Position numbers and translations under genes: made by a program. The notes below the pieces were generated by a model. The model did no database searches, was not told where the DNA came from, and saw nothing but the letters and a program-made list of their open reading frames with translations. Shown here one piece after another: positions 51,230 through 62,523 of a stretch of 64,000 nt of DNA. Source of the DNA: Myxococcota bacterium (GTDB taxonomy: Bacteria > Myxococcota_A > UBA9160 > UBA6930); the NCBI GenBank assembly GCA_965223705.1, contig OZ245015.1:135106-199105 (forward strand). The letters are read 5' to 3'. Position 1 is the stretch's first letter. Each line of letters starts with the position of its first letter.

Positions 51230-53749
51230 GTGAACTCCGATACGGCTCCGCTTTTGCGTCGCGTCCCGTTGGGCGCGGCCCTGAGCGATCCCGGTGCGAT
51301 CCTCGACCGATTTCTCGATTGGGTGAACGAGACCGGCATCGCACCCTATCCCGCACAAGAAGAAGCACTCCTCGAGTTGATGGACGGGCATCACGTCGTG
51401 CTCAACACACCCACGGGTTCCGGGAAATCGCTCGTGGCGCTCGGCCTTCACTTCAAGGCGATGTGCGAAGGGCGACGCTCCTTCTACACCGCCCCCGTAA
51501 AGGCGTTGGTGAGCGAGAAGTTCTTCAATCTGTGCGAGCTCTTCGGCGCGAGCCAGGTCGGCATGCTGACGGGCGACGCGAGCATCAACTGGGCGGCACC
51601 CATCATTTGCTGCACCGCCGAAGTCCTCTCGAACATGGCCATCCGCCAAGGCGAGCGCGCCGACGCGCCGTACGTCGTGATGGACGAGTTCCACTATTAC
51701 GGCGATCCGGAACGCGGCGTGGCTTGGCAAGTACCCCTGCTGATCCTCCCCGGTACGACCTTCCTGCTGATGTCCGCGACCCTGGGCAATACCGCCGCCA
51801 TCGAAGAGCGCCTTCGCGCGGATACCGGACGCACCGTGAGCCACGTCTTCTCGGACGATCGGCCGGTGCCGCTCGACTATGCCTACCGCGAGACGAGCCT
51901 TCACGAGACCGTGGAAGAGCTCTGCGCGGAAGGACGCTCGCCGGTCTATGTGGTGAGCTTCACGCAGCGCGACTGCGCCGAGTTCGCCCAGGCGCTGACT
52001 TCCGCGAAGCTTCTCGATCGCGACGCCAAGCGCGAGCTCACGGCCGAGCTCTCGGACTTCTCCTTCGACAGTCCTTACGGAAAGAGTATCCGTCGGTTCT
52101 TGTCCCACGGCGTGGGCCTTCATCACGCCGGGCTCTTGCCGAAATATCGACTTCTCGTCGAACAGCTTTCGCAGCGCGGCCTCCTCCGCGTGATTTGTGG
52201 CACCGATACCCTCGGCGTCGGTGTCAACATTCCTATCCGCACCGTTGTGTTCTCGAAGTTGTCGAAGTTCGATGGGGAGAAGCTGCGCCTCTTGAACGCC
52301 CGGGAGTTCCATCAGATCTCGGGTCGGGCCGGCCGCAAGGGCTTCGACGATCGCGGAAGCGTGGTGTGCCAAGCACCGGAGCACGTCGTCGAGAACAAGC
52401 GCGCTCGGGGCAAGCCAGGCGCGGCGCGGCGCCCGAAAAAGAGGGCTCCCCGAGACCAAGTCCCCTGGAACGAACAGCAGTTCGAACAGCTGATCGCGCG
52501 ACCGCCGGAGACCATGCGCTCCCAGTTTCGCGTGAATCACGGCATCCTGGTGAGTGCGCTGCAGCGCGATCCCGAGATCACCGGACCTCGCGGTGCCTAC
52601 GCCGACCTCATCGATCTGATCGGCCGCAGCCATGAAAGCGAAGCGGGTAAGAAGCGGTTGCGGCGCGAAGCCGCGCAGCTCTTCCGCGCGCTCCGGGGCG
52701 CGGAGATCGTTCGGCTCGAACGCAGTGCGCGCGGCGTTCACGTCGTGGTCGACGCCGACTTACAGCGCGAGTTCTCGCTGCACCACACGTTGTCCCTGTT
52801 TCTGGTGGAAGCGCTCGAGATCCTCGATCGCGGCGATTCCGCCTACGCCTTCGATCTTCTGTCGCTCATGGAGTCCATCCTCGAAAACCCCCGCGCCATC
52901 CTCTACGCGCAAGAGCGCAAGGCGAAGTCGGATCTCGTCGCCAAGCTCAAAGCGAAGCGCGTTCCGTACGAAGAGCGGATGCGACGCCTCGAGTCCGTCA
53001 CCTACCCGAAGCCCAACGCGAAAGAAATCTACGCGGCGTGGAACCTTTTCGCCGAGCACCATCCGTGGGTTGGGCAGGAGAACATCCGCCCCAAATCCAT
53101 CGCGAGAGAAATGGCGGAGCGGTTCTACCGCTTCGAGGATTACGTCAAGCTCTACCGGATCGAGCGCGTGGAGGGGCTCCTCCTTCGCTACATCTCCGAT
53201 GCGTACGGCACCTTGCTGCGCACGGTGCCCGACGCGGCCAAGACCGAAGACGTCCTCGACATTCTGGCGTATCTCCGCGACCTCATCGCACGTGTCGACT
53301 CGAGCCTCCTCGAAGCCTGGGAAAGTCGGCTGACCGGCGCGGTGTCAACCGACGTCAAGGAGACCGAAAGCGCGCGGAAACCCCCGGCGCCACCGAGTCT
53401 TCGGGAAATTCGGGCGCGCGTGCGCGCGGAGCTCCATGCGCTCGTTCGCGCGTTGGCCGAAGAAAACTACGAGGAGGCGGCGACGCTCCTCCGACCGGGC
53501 GAAGACGCGTGGACCGCTGCCGAGATCGAGGAAGCACTCGACCCGTTCTTCGACCGCTACGAACGGCTCCGCAGCGACGGCGAAGCGCGTCGCGCCGATC
53601 GGACGGTCGTGAAGCCCGTCGACGCGCAGCATTGGAACGTGGTGCAGGTCCTTTGTGACCCCGAGGATGACAACACCTGGTTCCTCGAAGGCGAGGTCGA
53701 CCTCACCGTCGACGGGCCGGGCATCACGCTCCGAAGGATCGGCCAGTAG
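51230..53749 (+). CDS. DEAD/DEAH-box helicase (DUF3516 type)
   Basis: TPTGSGKS, DEFH, SAT, HHAG, Q..GRAGR. Confidence 0.92.
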   Translation: MNSDTAPLLRRVPLGAALSDPGAILDRFLDWVNETGIAPYPAQEEALLELMDGHHVVLNTPTGSGKSLVALGLHFKAMCEGRRSFYTAPVKALVSEKFFNLCELFGASQVGMLTGDASINWAAPIICCTAEVLSNMAIRQGERADAPYVVMDEFHYYGDPERGVAWQVPLLILPGTTFLLMSATLGNTAAIEERLRADTGRTVSHVFSDDRPVPLDYAYRETSLHETVEELCAEGRSPVYVVSFTQRDCAEFAQALTSAKLLDRDAKRELTAELSDFSFDSPYGKSIRRFLSHGVGLHHAGLLPKYRLLVEQLSQRGLLRVICGTDTLGVGVNIPIRTVVFSKLSKFDGEKLRLLNAREFHQISGRAGRKGFDDRGSVVCQAPEHVVENKRARGKPGAARRPKKRAPRDQVPWNEQQFEQLIARPPETMRSQFRVNHGILVSALQRDPEITGPRGAYADLIDLIGRSHESEAGKKRLRREAAQLFRALRGAEIVRLERSARGVHVVVDADLQREFSLHHTLSLFLVEALEILDRGDSAYAFDLLSLMESILENPRAILYAQERKAKSDLVAKLKAKRVPYEERMRRLESVTYPKPNAKEIYAAWNLFAEHHPWVGQENIRPKSIAREMAERFYRFEDYVKLYRIERVEGLLLRYISDAYGTLLRTVPDAAKTEDVLDILAYLRDLIARVDSSLLEAWESRLTGAVSTDVKETESARKPPAPPSLREIRARVRAELHALVRALAEENYEEAATLLRPGEDAWTAAEIEEALDPFFDRYERLRSDGEARRADRTVVKPVDAQHWNVVQVLCDPEDDNTWFLEGEVDLTVDGPGITLRRIGQ

Positions 53750-53751
53750 CG

Positions 53752-54324
53752 CTACGCCCGCGCCGCTCCGCGTTGGCGTTGAATGTCGAGCAATCCGTCA
53801 CTGCCGATGCGGAGCGGCAGATTGACGAGGTTGTAGTAGTTCTCGAGTGCGTTCATGACGGTCACCTCCGCGATCTCGCGATCATCCAAGTGCTTCCTCA
53901 GCTCTTCGAAGGTCGCGTCCGAGACCTCTCGATGGGCCGCGATTTCGTCGATGTAGCGGAGCACGGCGCGCTCGCGATCCGTAAAGACGGAGGCGTCCTC
54001 CCATTCGAACAGCGCCTCGAACTTCTCCATCCCGAGTTTCGCCATATACGCCTGAGCCATCGCGATGTCTGCACAGAACGTGCAGCCGTTCGCGAGCGCG
54101 ACCCGCGTGTGGATCAGCAACGCGAGCTCCTCGGAGATCTTGAGCCCGCGCATCTGCAACATGATCCAGGACCAAGCGACGTTCCACATACCGGGAATTC
54201 GGTTGTAGACGACGCGCGCCGGCTGGATCACGCGTCCGAGTTGTCGCTTCATCATGAAGCTCATGAAGCGTGCACGAAGGGTCGGCGGGGTGTCGATCGG
54301 TTTCAGTCTCGGGGTGGGTTCCAT
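53752..54324 (-). CDS. AhpD/carboxymuconolactone decarboxylase family protein
   Basis: NGC.FC motif, FT.RERA.L. Confidence 0.8.
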   Translation of the reverse strand: MEPTPRLKPIDTPPTLRARFMSFMMKRQLGRVIQPARVVYNRIPGMWNVAWSWIMLQMRGLKISEELALLIHTRVALANGCTFCADIAMAQAYMAKLGMEKFEALFEWEDASVFTDRERAVLRYIDEIAAHREVSDATFEELRKHLDDREIAEVTVMNALENYYNLVNLPLRIGSDGLLDIQRQRGAARA

Positions 54325-54343
54325 ATTGAGTCTCCCGTTGGCG

Positions 54344-55813
54344 TTAGTGGGTGGGTGCGCTTGTTACGAGGGCACCGAGGCGCGCAATCCCGTTCGCGAT
54401 CGTTGCCTCGTCGGCGCAAGCGACGGAGAACGACGCCGCGTGGTACGGTGCCGGCCCTCGGAAGAAGAAGCTTCCCGGGGTGTACGCGATGCCGGCGTCG
54501 AACGCGCGGGTATGAAGCTCCACGGGATCGATGGCGTCGGGAAGTTCGACCCAGATCTGGTTTCCGCCGGCGGGCGGCCACGCCCGCGTGCCGGCCGGGA
54601 AGAACTGCGAGACCGCGTCACGGAACACTTCGATCCGTCTCGCGTACACGATTCGCACGCGCCGGACGTGACGGGCCAAGCCCTCGTCGGTGAGCAAGCT
54701 GCAGAGCCCCCGCTGCATCAGCGCTGAAGGCGCAAACTGTGCGAGGAGCTGCATCCCGGAAACCGCCGGCACCAGCGCCTCGGGCACGACGACATACCCG
54801 AGCCGCAACGACGGAAAGAGCACTTTCGAAAATGTCCCGACATAGAGGACCGCGGCGTGGGAGGCTTCGGAGGCCAAGGCGGTAACCGGTTCGTCGCTGT
54901 GGCGGAGCTCGTTGTCATAGTCGTCTTCGAGGATCGGCAGCTGGTGTTCGGCGGCGAGTTCGAGCAGAGCGCGCCGCCGGTCGGGGCTCAGTTGCGCGCC
55001 GGTCGGCGATTGCACCGCGGGGGTGACATAGAGGAGCTTCACGCGGCGGCGGCGGAGCAGGCGCGCCAGCGCGTCGACGTCGATGCCTTGGCGATCGACG
55101 CGGACCCCGACCCACTCGGCCTGTGCCGCCCGGAGCGCCAGGTGCGCGCCGAAGTACCCGGGTTCCTCCATGGCGACGACGTCACCCGGCTCGAGCAGCA
55201 CGCGGGAGATGAGATCGAGCCCGGCTTGGCCGCCCGATGTGACCACCACCTGGTCTGCATGGCACCGCAAGCCACGAGCGAGCAGGGAGGCTGCGATGTG
55301 TTGGCGCAGGGTCGGCCATCCCTGGGGGTCGAGCTCGTTCGCGAATTCCTGGAGCCCTTCGGACGAAAACGCCTGCGCGAAATGTTGGCGCAGGGTGCGG
55401 GCGGGTAGAAGCGACGGGTCGACGCGCCCGCCCCGGAAATCGAACTCGGCGGAGCGGCCGGGCTTTACCGCGCGCCTCAACGACTCGATGCCGAGCGCTT
55501 TGACGCGCGACGCGAGGAGGCCGCCCCAGGCGTAGCTCGCCTCGGAGGCGGTGGGCGGCGGCTCGGAGGCGGCGCGCACGAACGTGCCCTGACCGACGTG
55601 GGAGGTCACGTGCCCTTCGTCGCGGAGGCACTCGTAGGCCAGGTTCGCCGTGGTCCGAGAGATGCCGAGGCCCTCGGCTACCACCCGAGTGGAGGGGAGC
55701 TTCATTCCCGCGGACCACCGACCGACACGGATCAGCTCGGAGAGATAGTCGGCGAGTTGTCGGTAGAGCGGGCGTGAATCCCCTCGCTGAGGGCGAAAAG
55801 CGAGCTCGTGCAT
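54344..55813 (-). CDS. MocR/GntR family PLP-dependent regulator
   Basis: PLY.QL wHTH, EEPGY, QSPTG, EDDYD, GTFSK...LR.G. Confidence 0.92.
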   Translation of the reverse strand: MHELAFRPQRGDSRPLYRQLADYLSELIRVGRWSAGMKLPSTRVVAEGLGISRTTANLAYECLRDEGHVTSHVGQGTFVRAASEPPPTASEASYAWGGLLASRVKALGIESLRRAVKPGRSAEFDFRGGRVDPSLLPARTLRQHFAQAFSSEGLQEFANELDPQGWPTLRQHIAASLLARGLRCHADQVVVTSGGQAGLDLISRVLLEPGDVVAMEEPGYFGAHLALRAAQAEWVGVRVDRQGIDVDALARLLRRRRVKLLYVTPAVQSPTGAQLSPDRRRALLELAAEHQLPILEDDYDNELRHSDEPVTALASEASHAAVLYVGTFSKVLFPSLRLGYVVVPEALVPAVSGMQLLAQFAPSALMQRGLCSLLTDEGLARHVRRVRIVYARRIEVFRDAVSQFFPAGTRAWPPAGGNQIWVELPDAIDPVELHTRAFDAGIAYTPGSFFFRGPAPYHAASFSVACADEATIANGIARLGALVTSAPTH

Positions 55814-55832
55814 GCATATAGAGTTGCCCATA

Positions 55833-55858
55833 CCAATTGTTCTGTATAGATCCAATTG
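55833..55858. promoter_or_regulatory. Possible MocR operator (CCAATTG x2)
   Basis: Direct repeats in the AT-rich patch upstream of the MocR gene. Confidence 0.4.
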
Positions 55859-55924
55859 GCATTTTGTCGAAAGGTCCAATCCGCTTGCGGCGAATGGCGA
55901 CCGCTGTGGGTAAGCTGGGCGTCC

Positions 55925-56926
55925 ATGAGATTTCTGGGTGTGCGCAGTGCGTGGATTGTGGCAGCGGTTGCCGGCGTCCTGGCCGTGTCAGTGGCCGGGC
56001 CGGCGCGGGCGGCCCTGGTCGACGGAATCGCGGCCCAGGTCGGCGACGACGTCGTGCTGCTCTCCGAGGTCCTGCGGACCGCCTCCTCCGTGGCGCAACA
56101 GATCGAGGAGCAGGGCGGCTCGCCGGACGACTTGGCGCAGGTCCACCGGGAGGCCCTCGATCGTCTGATCGAGCGCGCGCTGGTTCGTCAAGTCGTGCGG
56201 CGCGCTGAGCTCATCGCGAGCGACTCTGAAGTCGACGACGCGATCGCCGGCATCGCCGACGAGAACAACATCACGATCGACCAGTTGCAACGAAGCGTCG
56301 AATCCCAGGGGCTCCCCTACGACGCGTATCGCGAGAAAATTCGCGACGAGATCGAACAATCGCGGGTGATCTCCGCCATGGTGACGTCCCAGATCCGCAT
56401 CGACGACGAAGAAGTCCGGGAGATCTACGAAGCCGAATACGCAGGCCGCGGTGGCCAGGGCGTCGAGGCGCGCATCCGCCAGATCCTGATCCCTCGAGCC
56501 GGCAACCCAGAAGCGTGCGAGCAGGTTCGGGCCGCACGCGATCGCGTCTTGGCGGGCGAGCCCTTCGATCTCGTCGCGTCCCAGACGTCCTACATCAATC
56601 CCCAGCGCGGTGGCGATCTCGGGTGGACCCCGATCCGCGACCTCGCCCAGTGGATGCGCACCATCGCGGAAGATCTTCCCGCCGGCACCATGAGCGACGT
56701 CGTCGAGCTCGATCACGCGTGCACGGTGCTTCTCGTCGAGGCGCGCCAGGACGCCTCGAAACGCACGCTCGAAGACGTGCGACCGGAAATCGAGGGGCAG
56801 CTCCGCAACCAGCGCTCCGAGGGGAAGTACCGGGAGTTCATCGAAGAGATCCGGGGTCGCACGTACATCGATCGGCGCATCAACTTCGATCCCGAAGACT
56901 TCCGCAGCGATTCCCGCACGTTTTGA
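55925..56926 (+). CDS. surA: SurA-like peptidyl-prolyl isomerase/chaperone
   Basis: D.I.A.V..D...LSE, GE.F..VA, GGDLGW. Confidence 0.8.
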   Translation: MRFLGVRSAWIVAAVAGVLAVSVAGPARAALVDGIAAQVGDDVVLLSEVLRTASSVAQQIEEQGGSPDDLAQVHREALDRLIERALVRQVVRRAELIASDSEVDDAIAGIADENNITIDQLQRSVESQGLPYDAYREKIRDEIEQSRVISAMVTSQIRIDDEEVREIYEAEYAGRGGQGVEARIRQILIPRAGNPEACEQVRAARDRVLAGEPFDLVASQTSYINPQRGGDLGWTPIRDLAQWMRTIAEDLPAGTMSDVVELDHACTVLLVEARQDASKRTLEDVRPEIEGQLRNQRSEGKYREFIEEIRGRTYIDRRINFDPEDFRSDSRTF

Positions 56927-59751
56927 CGGAGTCGGCTGCGCCCCGAGAATGGATCGTCGTCGAGGGCGCGCGCGAGCACAATCTCCAGGACATCGACGTC
57001 CGTATCCCGCGGGACGCGTTCGTCGTGATCACGGGATTGTCCGGCTCGGGCAAGTCCTCGCTCGCATTCGACACTCTCTATGCGGAGGGTCAGCGCCGCT
57101 ACGTCGAATCCCTTTCCGCGTACGCGCGCCAGTTTCTCGATCAGATGAACAAGCCCGACGCCGATACCATCGACGGCCTCTCTCCGGCGATCGCGATCGA
57201 GCAAAAGACCACGAGCCGGAGCCCGCGCAGCACCGTCGGCACCGTCACGGAAATCTACGACCACCTGAGGTTGCTGTTCGCGCGCGCCGGGGACGCCCAC
57301 TGTCCGAACTGTGGTCAGCCCATCGCGAGCCAGACGCTTTCGCAAATGAGTGATCACGTCTTGACACTCCCCGAAGGCACCCGCGTGCAAGTGCTGGCGC
57401 CGGTCGTGCGCGGCCGCAAGGGCGAATACAAGAAGGAGCTCGCGCTCTTCCGGCGACAGGGTTTCGTGCGCGTTCGCGTCGACGGCGACACGTACGACCT
57501 CGGTGACGAAATTCGGCTCGACAAGCGGCGCGCCCACGACATCGACGTCGTGGTCGATCGCCTGTCGGTGAAGGACGCCGCGCGAGCGCGAATCGCGGAG
57601 TCGATCGAGACCGCAGCGCGCTTGGCCGACGGTTTGGTCAAACTCGATGTCGCGGGCGGCGAGGAACAACTCCTTTCGGAATCGAACGCGTGTGTCGACT
57701 GCGGCATCTCGCTCCCGGAGCTCGCGCCGCGCTTGTTCTCGTTCAACAGTCCTCACGGTGCGTGCGCTCGTTGCGACGGAATCGGACAGATCGAAGAGCT
57801 CGATCCCGAACGCTTCGTGCCCGACCCGAGTCTCTCGGTCGCCGATGGGGCAATCGCACCGTGGCAGGGCCGACGCAACCGCAAGTACTACCGTGGGATC
57901 CTCGCCTCCCTCGCCGACGATCTGGGCTTCGATCTCGAGACTCCCTGGTGTGATCTCGAGAAGGACATACAGCGAGCACTGCTCCTCGGCACCGGGGATC
58001 GCGAAATCGAATTCGTACTCCCGCGCGGCCGACGTCGCCAGAAGTTCCGCCGCACGTTCGACGGAGTACTCGGCGATCTCGAACGCAAGCTCGCAGAAGA
58101 TCCCGAGCTGGCACTCGAGCTCGCGCCGTTCGGTAGCCCCCATGCGTGTCCGGAATGCGACGGCACCCGCTTGCGCAAAGAAGCGCGTAGCGTTCGTATC
58201 TGCGGCGAAACGATCGCGGAACTGGCGGGCCGCGATGTGGCTTCCCTGCGGACTTTTCTCGACGAGCTCGCGTTGTCGCCCGAGCGTCGCGAAATCGCGG
58301 ACCGGATACTCCGCGAGGTCTCCGACCGCCTCCGTTTCCTCTCCGACGTCGGTCTCGACTACCTGACCCTCGACCGCCCGAGCGCGACGCTCTCGGGCGG
58401 GGAGGGGCAGCGCATCCGATTGGCGACACAAATCGGCGCGAGCTTGATGGGGGTTTTGTACATCCTCGACGAACCCTCGATCGGCCTCCACGCGCGCGAC
58501 AATCAGAAACTCCTGGAGAGTCTCAAGCGACTGCGAGAAACGGGGAACAGTGTGCTCGTCGTCGAGCACGACGAAGCGACGATACGGGCGGCTGACCATG
58601 TGATTGATATGGGCCCCGGCGCCGGCCGGCACGGCGGGCGCGTCGTCGCCGAGGGAAAACCCGAGGAAATTGCGGATCACCCGGAATCGCCCACCGGTGC
58701 GTACTTGGCCGGCCGTAACGCGATCGCGGTCCCGAGCGCGCGCCGGCCTGTCGGTGAGAAGAAGCTCCGCTTGGAGGGCTGCCGCGAGCACAACCTGAAG
58801 AACCTGGCCGCTGACTTCCCCCTCGGTTGTTTCATCGCGGTGACGGGTGTGTCCGGATCGGGCAAGTCGACGCTCGTCAACGACACGCTGTACCGCGCGC
58901 TCGCGCAGCGACTCTACCGGGCAAAAGATCCGCCCGGCCGCTTCCGCCGCCTCTCGGGTGCGCAGTGGATCGACAAGGTCATCGACGTCAACCAAGCTCC
59001 GATCGGGCGTACGCCGCGCAGCAACCCCGCGACGTACACGGGCGCGTTCGGCGCGATTCGAGAGCTCTTCCGCCAGGTGCCGGAAGCGCGCGCGCGCGGC
59101 TACGGACCGGGCCGCTTCTCCTTCAACGTGAAGGGCGGCCGTTGTGAATCCTGTCAGGGCGATGGGCTCATTCGCATCGAGATGCATTTCCTGCCCGACA
59201 TCTATGTCACGTGCGAGGTGTGCAACGGCCGGCGTTACAACCGCGAAACGCTCGAGATCACGTACAGAGGTCGAAGCATCGCCGACGTCCTGGAGATGAC
59301 GGTTTCGGAAGCGGCGGAGTTCATGGCGAACATCCCGAGCATCAAACGCCCGCTCGAAACACTGGACGAGGTCGGGCTCGGTTACATCCACCTGGGCCAA
59401 GCGGCGACCACGCTTTCGGGCGGCGAAGCGCAGCGCGTGAAACTCGCGAAAGAGCTCGCACGCCGAAGCAGCGGTAAGACGCTCTACATCCTCGATGAGC
59501 CGACGACAGGGCTCCATTTCGCCGACATCGATCGCCTCCTCCAGGTGCTCAAGCGTCTCGTCGAACGCGGCAACACCGTCGTCGTCATCGAGCATCAGCT
59601 CGACGTCATCAAGTCGGCCGACCATGTCATCGACTTGGGGCCCGAGGGCGGAGGCGACGGTGGTCACGTCGTGGTCGCCGGAACCCCCGAAGACGTCGCG
59701 GCGTGTGCCGCGAGCCACACGGGCCGGGCGCTCGCCGAAGTCCTTTCATAA
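56923..59751 (+). CDS. uvrA: Excinuclease ABC subunit A
   Basis: [29 protein letters not shown], two ABC cassettes, Zn fingers. Confidence 0.97.
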   Translation: MTESAAPREWIVVEGAREHNLQDIDVRIPRDAFVVITGLSGSGKSSLAFDTLYAEGQRRYVESLSAYARQFLDQMNKPDADTIDGLSPAIAIEQKTTSRSPRSTVGTVTEIYDHLRLLFARAGDAHCPNCGQPIASQTLSQMSDHVLTLPEGTRVQVLAPVVRGRKGEYKKELALFRRQGFVRVRVDGDTYDLGDEIRLDKRRAHDIDVVVDRLSVKDAARARIAESIETAARLADGLVKLDVAGGEEQLLSESNACVDCGISLPELAPRLFSFNSPHGACARCDGIGQIEELDPERFVPDPSLSVADGAIAPWQGRRNRKYYRGILASLADDLGFDLETPWCDLEKDIQRALLLGTGDREIEFVLPRGRRRQKFRRTFDGVLGDLERKLAEDPELALELAPFGSPHACPECDGTRLRKEARSVRICGETIAELAGRDVASLRTFLDELALSPERREIADRILREVSDRLRFLSDVGLDYLTLDRPSATLSGGEGQRIRLATQIGASLMGVLYILDEPSIGLHARDNQKLLESLKRLRETGNSVLVVEHDEATIRAADHVIDMGPGAGRHGGRVVAEGKPEEIADHPESPTGAYLAGRNAIAVPSARRPVGEKKLRLEGCREHNLKNLAADFPLGCFIAVTGVSGSGKSTLVNDTLYRALAQRLYRAKDPPGRFRRLSGAQWIDKVIDVNQAPIGRTPRSNPATYTGAFGAIRELFRQVPEARARGYGPGRFSFNVKGGRCESCQGDGLIRIEMHFLPDIYVTCEVCNGRRYNRETLEITYRGRSIADVLEMTVSEAAEFMANIPSIKRPLETLDEVGLGYIHLGQAATTLSGGEAQRVKLAKELARRSSGKTLYILDEPTTGLHFADIDRLLQVLKRLVERGNTVVVIEHQLDVIKSADHVIDLGPEGGGDGGHVVVAGTPEDVAACAASHTGRALAEVLS

Positions 59752-59771
59752 CCTCGAGCTCCGGAGGCGTC

Positions 59772-60524
59772 ATGGCCGAACTGTTCACCACGGAAAACCT
59801 CGTCGCGTTGTTGACGCTCGCGAGCCTCGAGATCGTGCTCGGGATCGACAACATCGTCTTCATCTCGATTCTCTGCGCGAAGCTTCCGCCTCAACTCCAG
59901 GCGCGGGGACGCCAGGTGGGTCTCGCCTTGGCGATGGCGCTCCGGATCCTGTTGCTGCTTTCGATCAGCTGGGTGATGGGACTGACGGAGCCGCTGTTTT
60001 CGCTGCTCGGTCACGCGGTGAGCGGGCGCGATCTCATTCTGCTCGTCGGCGGGTTGTTTCTTCTGGGCAAAGCCACGTGGGAGATCCACGACAAGCTCGA
60101 GGGTGCCGATGGCCATGGAGACGGTAGCGGCGCCAAGAAGTACGCGAGTTTTGGCGCCGTCCTCCTCCAGATTGCGGCGCTCGACTTGGTCTTCTCCTTG
60201 GATTCCGTCATCACCGCGGTCGGGATGGCGGATCGCATCGAGATCATGATCGCTGCGGTCGTGATCGCCGTCGTCGTGATGATGATTTTCGCGGGCACGA
60301 TCAGTCGCTTCGTCGAGCGACATCCGACGCTCAAGATGCTCGCATTAGCGTTCTTGATTTTGATCGGCGCGATGCTCGTCCTCGAGGGCTTCGGGAAGCA
60401 CGTCGAGAAGGGTTACATCTACTTTGCGATGGCGTTCTCACTCACCGTCGAGCTTCTCAACATGCGCTTCCGCAAGGTGCGCAAGCCCGTGGAACTCAAA
60501 CAGAGCTACGTAACCGAGGCGTAG
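59772..60524 (+). CDS. TerC family membrane protein
   Basis: LEIVLGIDN, D.VFSLDSVITAVG, KGYIYFAM.FS. Confidence 0.92.
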   Translation: MAELFTTENLVALLTLASLEIVLGIDNIVFISILCAKLPPQLQARGRQVGLALAMALRILLLLSISWVMGLTEPLFSLLGHAVSGRDLILLVGGLFLLGKATWEIHDKLEGADGHGDGSGAKKYASFGAVLLQIAALDLVFSLDSVITAVGMADRIEIMIAAVVIAVVVMMIFAGTISRFVERHPTLKMLALAFLILIGAMLVLEGFGKHVEKGYIYFAMAFSLTVELLNMRFRKVRKPVELKQSYVTEA

Positions 60525-60527
60525 CGC

Positions 60528-61178
60528 TCAGCGCGCGGCGAGGGGCCCCGGCCGGAGCTCCTCGCTCACCATGCCGCGTGCGGCCAAGGCTTCGAGCAGC
60601 GAGCGAAGCACCGCGGCGGGGTCTCGGTCGGCGTCGATCCGCTCGATGTACGGGCGGCTCAGCGCGGCGAACTCGCGCGCGACGGACCGCAAGCTGTCCG
60701 CCAGCTCGAAGGCATCGTTTTCGCCCCGGTGACTCACTCGTTTGAGACCGGCGCCCACGTCGAGTTCGAGAATCAGCGCGCAATCCGGTACTGGAAAGCG
60801 CGCTTCCTGCTCGGCGAGAATCTGCTCTCGGTCGAGGCCGCGCGCGCCCTGGTAGGCCGCGGTGGAGAGGAAGTAGCGATCCGTCACCACCCACCGACCG
60901 AGTTCCATGGCGGGTAGGACGACGGAATCGACGTGCTCGGCGCGATCTTTCACGAAGAGCTCGAGTTCTTCGTTCGCCGGAAGTCGCTCGCCCGCGGCCG
61001 CCGCCGCGCGAATACGCGAGCCGTACACACCGTCGGTGGGCTCCCGGGTCAGCACGTTGGCGATACCGTCCCGCTCGAGGGCCTCGGAAAGCAAACGTGC
61101 TTGCGTCGACTTGCCCGCACCGTCGATGCCCTCGATTGCGATCAGCAGACCGCGTTGATGTGTAGCGCCGTCGTTCAC
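60528..61178 (-). CDS. tmk: Thymidylate kinase
   Basis: EGIDGAGKSTQ, REP, DRY..S..AYQG. Confidence 0.95.
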   Translation of the reverse strand: MNDGATHQRGLLIAIEGIDGAGKSTQARLLSEALERDGIANVLTREPTDGVYGSRIRAAAAAGERLPANEELELFVKDRAEHVDSVVLPAMELGRWVVTDRYFLSTAAYQGARGLDREQILAEQEARFPVPDCALILELDVGAGLKRVSHRGENDAFELADSLRSVAREFAALSRPYIERIDADRDPAAVLRSLLEALAARGMVSEELRPGPLAAR

Positions 61179-61420
61179 CGTATATGGACCCTAGGCCACG
61201 CACCGCCTTCAAACGAGACCAAAGCAGCGCGCCACGCGAGAGAGCTGGGCATGTCATTTGCGTTGGGTGCAGTGCGATGCCGTTGGGCATCGCCCGTTTG
61301 CACCCCTCTACCGGGACCGGGGGTCGGCGGGTTTTGGAGGCGCCGGGTGAGGGCTTGGCGTGACGTGGGAAAACAACATGGGGTGAGGCCTGCGTCACTG
61401 CTCGCGCCCGGCGTCTCCCG

Positions 61421-61444
61421 CAGCCGGGGCGATCGCCCCGGCTG
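61421..61444 (-). terminator. Perfect 24-bp palindrome downstream of atpE
   Basis: CAGCCGGGGCGATCGCCCCGGCTG; no clear U-tract. Confidence 0.4.
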
Positions 61445-61461
61445 TAGGAGTCGCGGCGGCC

Positions 61462-61791
61462 CTAGCCGGCGGCCGGAATGCGGAAGACGAGGAGGAGGCC
61501 CACGACGAGCCCGTAAATCGCGATCGACTCGATGAGCACCATGCCGAGAATGAAGTTGGTGAACATCGACCCTGCGGCGCCGGGATTGCGCGCAATGCCC
61601 GCGGTGGTGTTACCGGCCGTGAGCCCTTGGCCAATACCGCAGCCGAGCGCGGCGAAACCGATCGCGATGCCAGCGCCCAGTGCGTAGCCCCAGCTGTCGC
61701 CACCGCCGGTCGCGCCCTGCGCGGCGGCCGCCATCGGCATGAGCAGCACGGCGAGGGTGTAGAGTGCAATTCGGTATGCCTTACGCATCAT
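61462..61791 (-). CDS. atpE: ATP synthase F0 subunit c
   Basis: G.GIGQG, IARNP, IES.AIY. Confidence 0.93.
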   Translation of the reverse strand: MMRKAYRIALYTLAVLLMPMAAAAQGATGGGDSWGYALGAGIAIGFAALGCGIGQGLTAGNTTAGIARNPGAAGSMFTNFILGMVLIESIAIYGLVVGLLLVFRIPAAG

Positions 61792-61803
61792 CAGTCTCCT
61801 TCA

Positions 61804-62523
61804 TTAGTGCGCTTCTTCGAGCGCCAATCCGATGTAAATCATCGTGAGTAGGGCGAACACGTAGGCCTGCAAGAACGAGACGAGCACGCCAAGCCCCATG
61901 AACGCGGCCGGCAGCACCGCCGGAACCAACATCAACCAAACGCCGACAACGGTGTGGTCGGCGAACATATTGGCGAGGAGCCGGATGCCCAGTGAGAGCA
62001 CCCGCGCGCCGTGCGCCACGATTTCGAGAACCAAGAAAAGCGGGGCGAGCAGGCGCAAGTGATACGTCTTGTCGCCGACCTTCAGGTCGTAGAGGCTCGG
62101 CCCGAGAAAATGATTGAGGTAGCCCCAACCGTGCTTGCGAATGCCGACCCACTCCGAGACACCGAACGCGATGAGTGCCCAAGCGAACGTCGTGTTGCGG
62201 TCGCTCGTGGCGCCCCCGATCCCGGGGATCAGCCCGATCAAATTCGAGATCAATACGAAGACGAAAATCGTGCCGACGATCGGGAACCAACGACGCCACT
62301 CCGGTCCCATGTTCTGCTCAGCGAGATCCGAGAGGAAATCGACGATGAGCTCGAACACGTTTCGGACGCTCATCCCTTCGTCCGGAATGACTCCGCCGTT
62401 GTTGGCCGCAATACCGGCTCGCACACGCCAGCCGAAAAACGCCATGATGAGGAACGTGAAGAGAGCGGAACTAACCACCCACGGAATGCCCGTGTGATCT
62501 TCGATCGTTTCAAAGATGTTCAC
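61804..62523 (-). CDS. atpB: ATP synthase F0 subunit a
   Basis: N..GLIP, R.LSL..RL.ANM, LQAYVF.LL..IY. Confidence 0.95.
   Translation of the reverse strand: MNIFETIEDHTGIPWVVSSALFTFLIMAFFGWRVRAGIAANNGGVIPDEGMSVRNVFELIVDFLSDLAEQNMGPEWRRWFPIVGTIFVFVLISNLIGLIPGIGGATSDRNTTFAWALIAFGVSEWVGIRKHGWGYLNHFLGPSLYDLKVGDKTYHLRLLAPLFLVLEIVAHGARVLSLGIRLLANMFADHTVVGVWLMLVPAVLPAAFMGLGVLVSFLQAYVFALLTMIYIGLALEEAH

Noticed and set aside
50311-59718. Very long alternative-frame and antisense ORFs (50311-52635, 50681-52741, 56713-59718; also 2188-3711)
   Set aside because: Shadow ORFs of GC-rich genes (serC, helicase, uvrA) with no recognisable motifs
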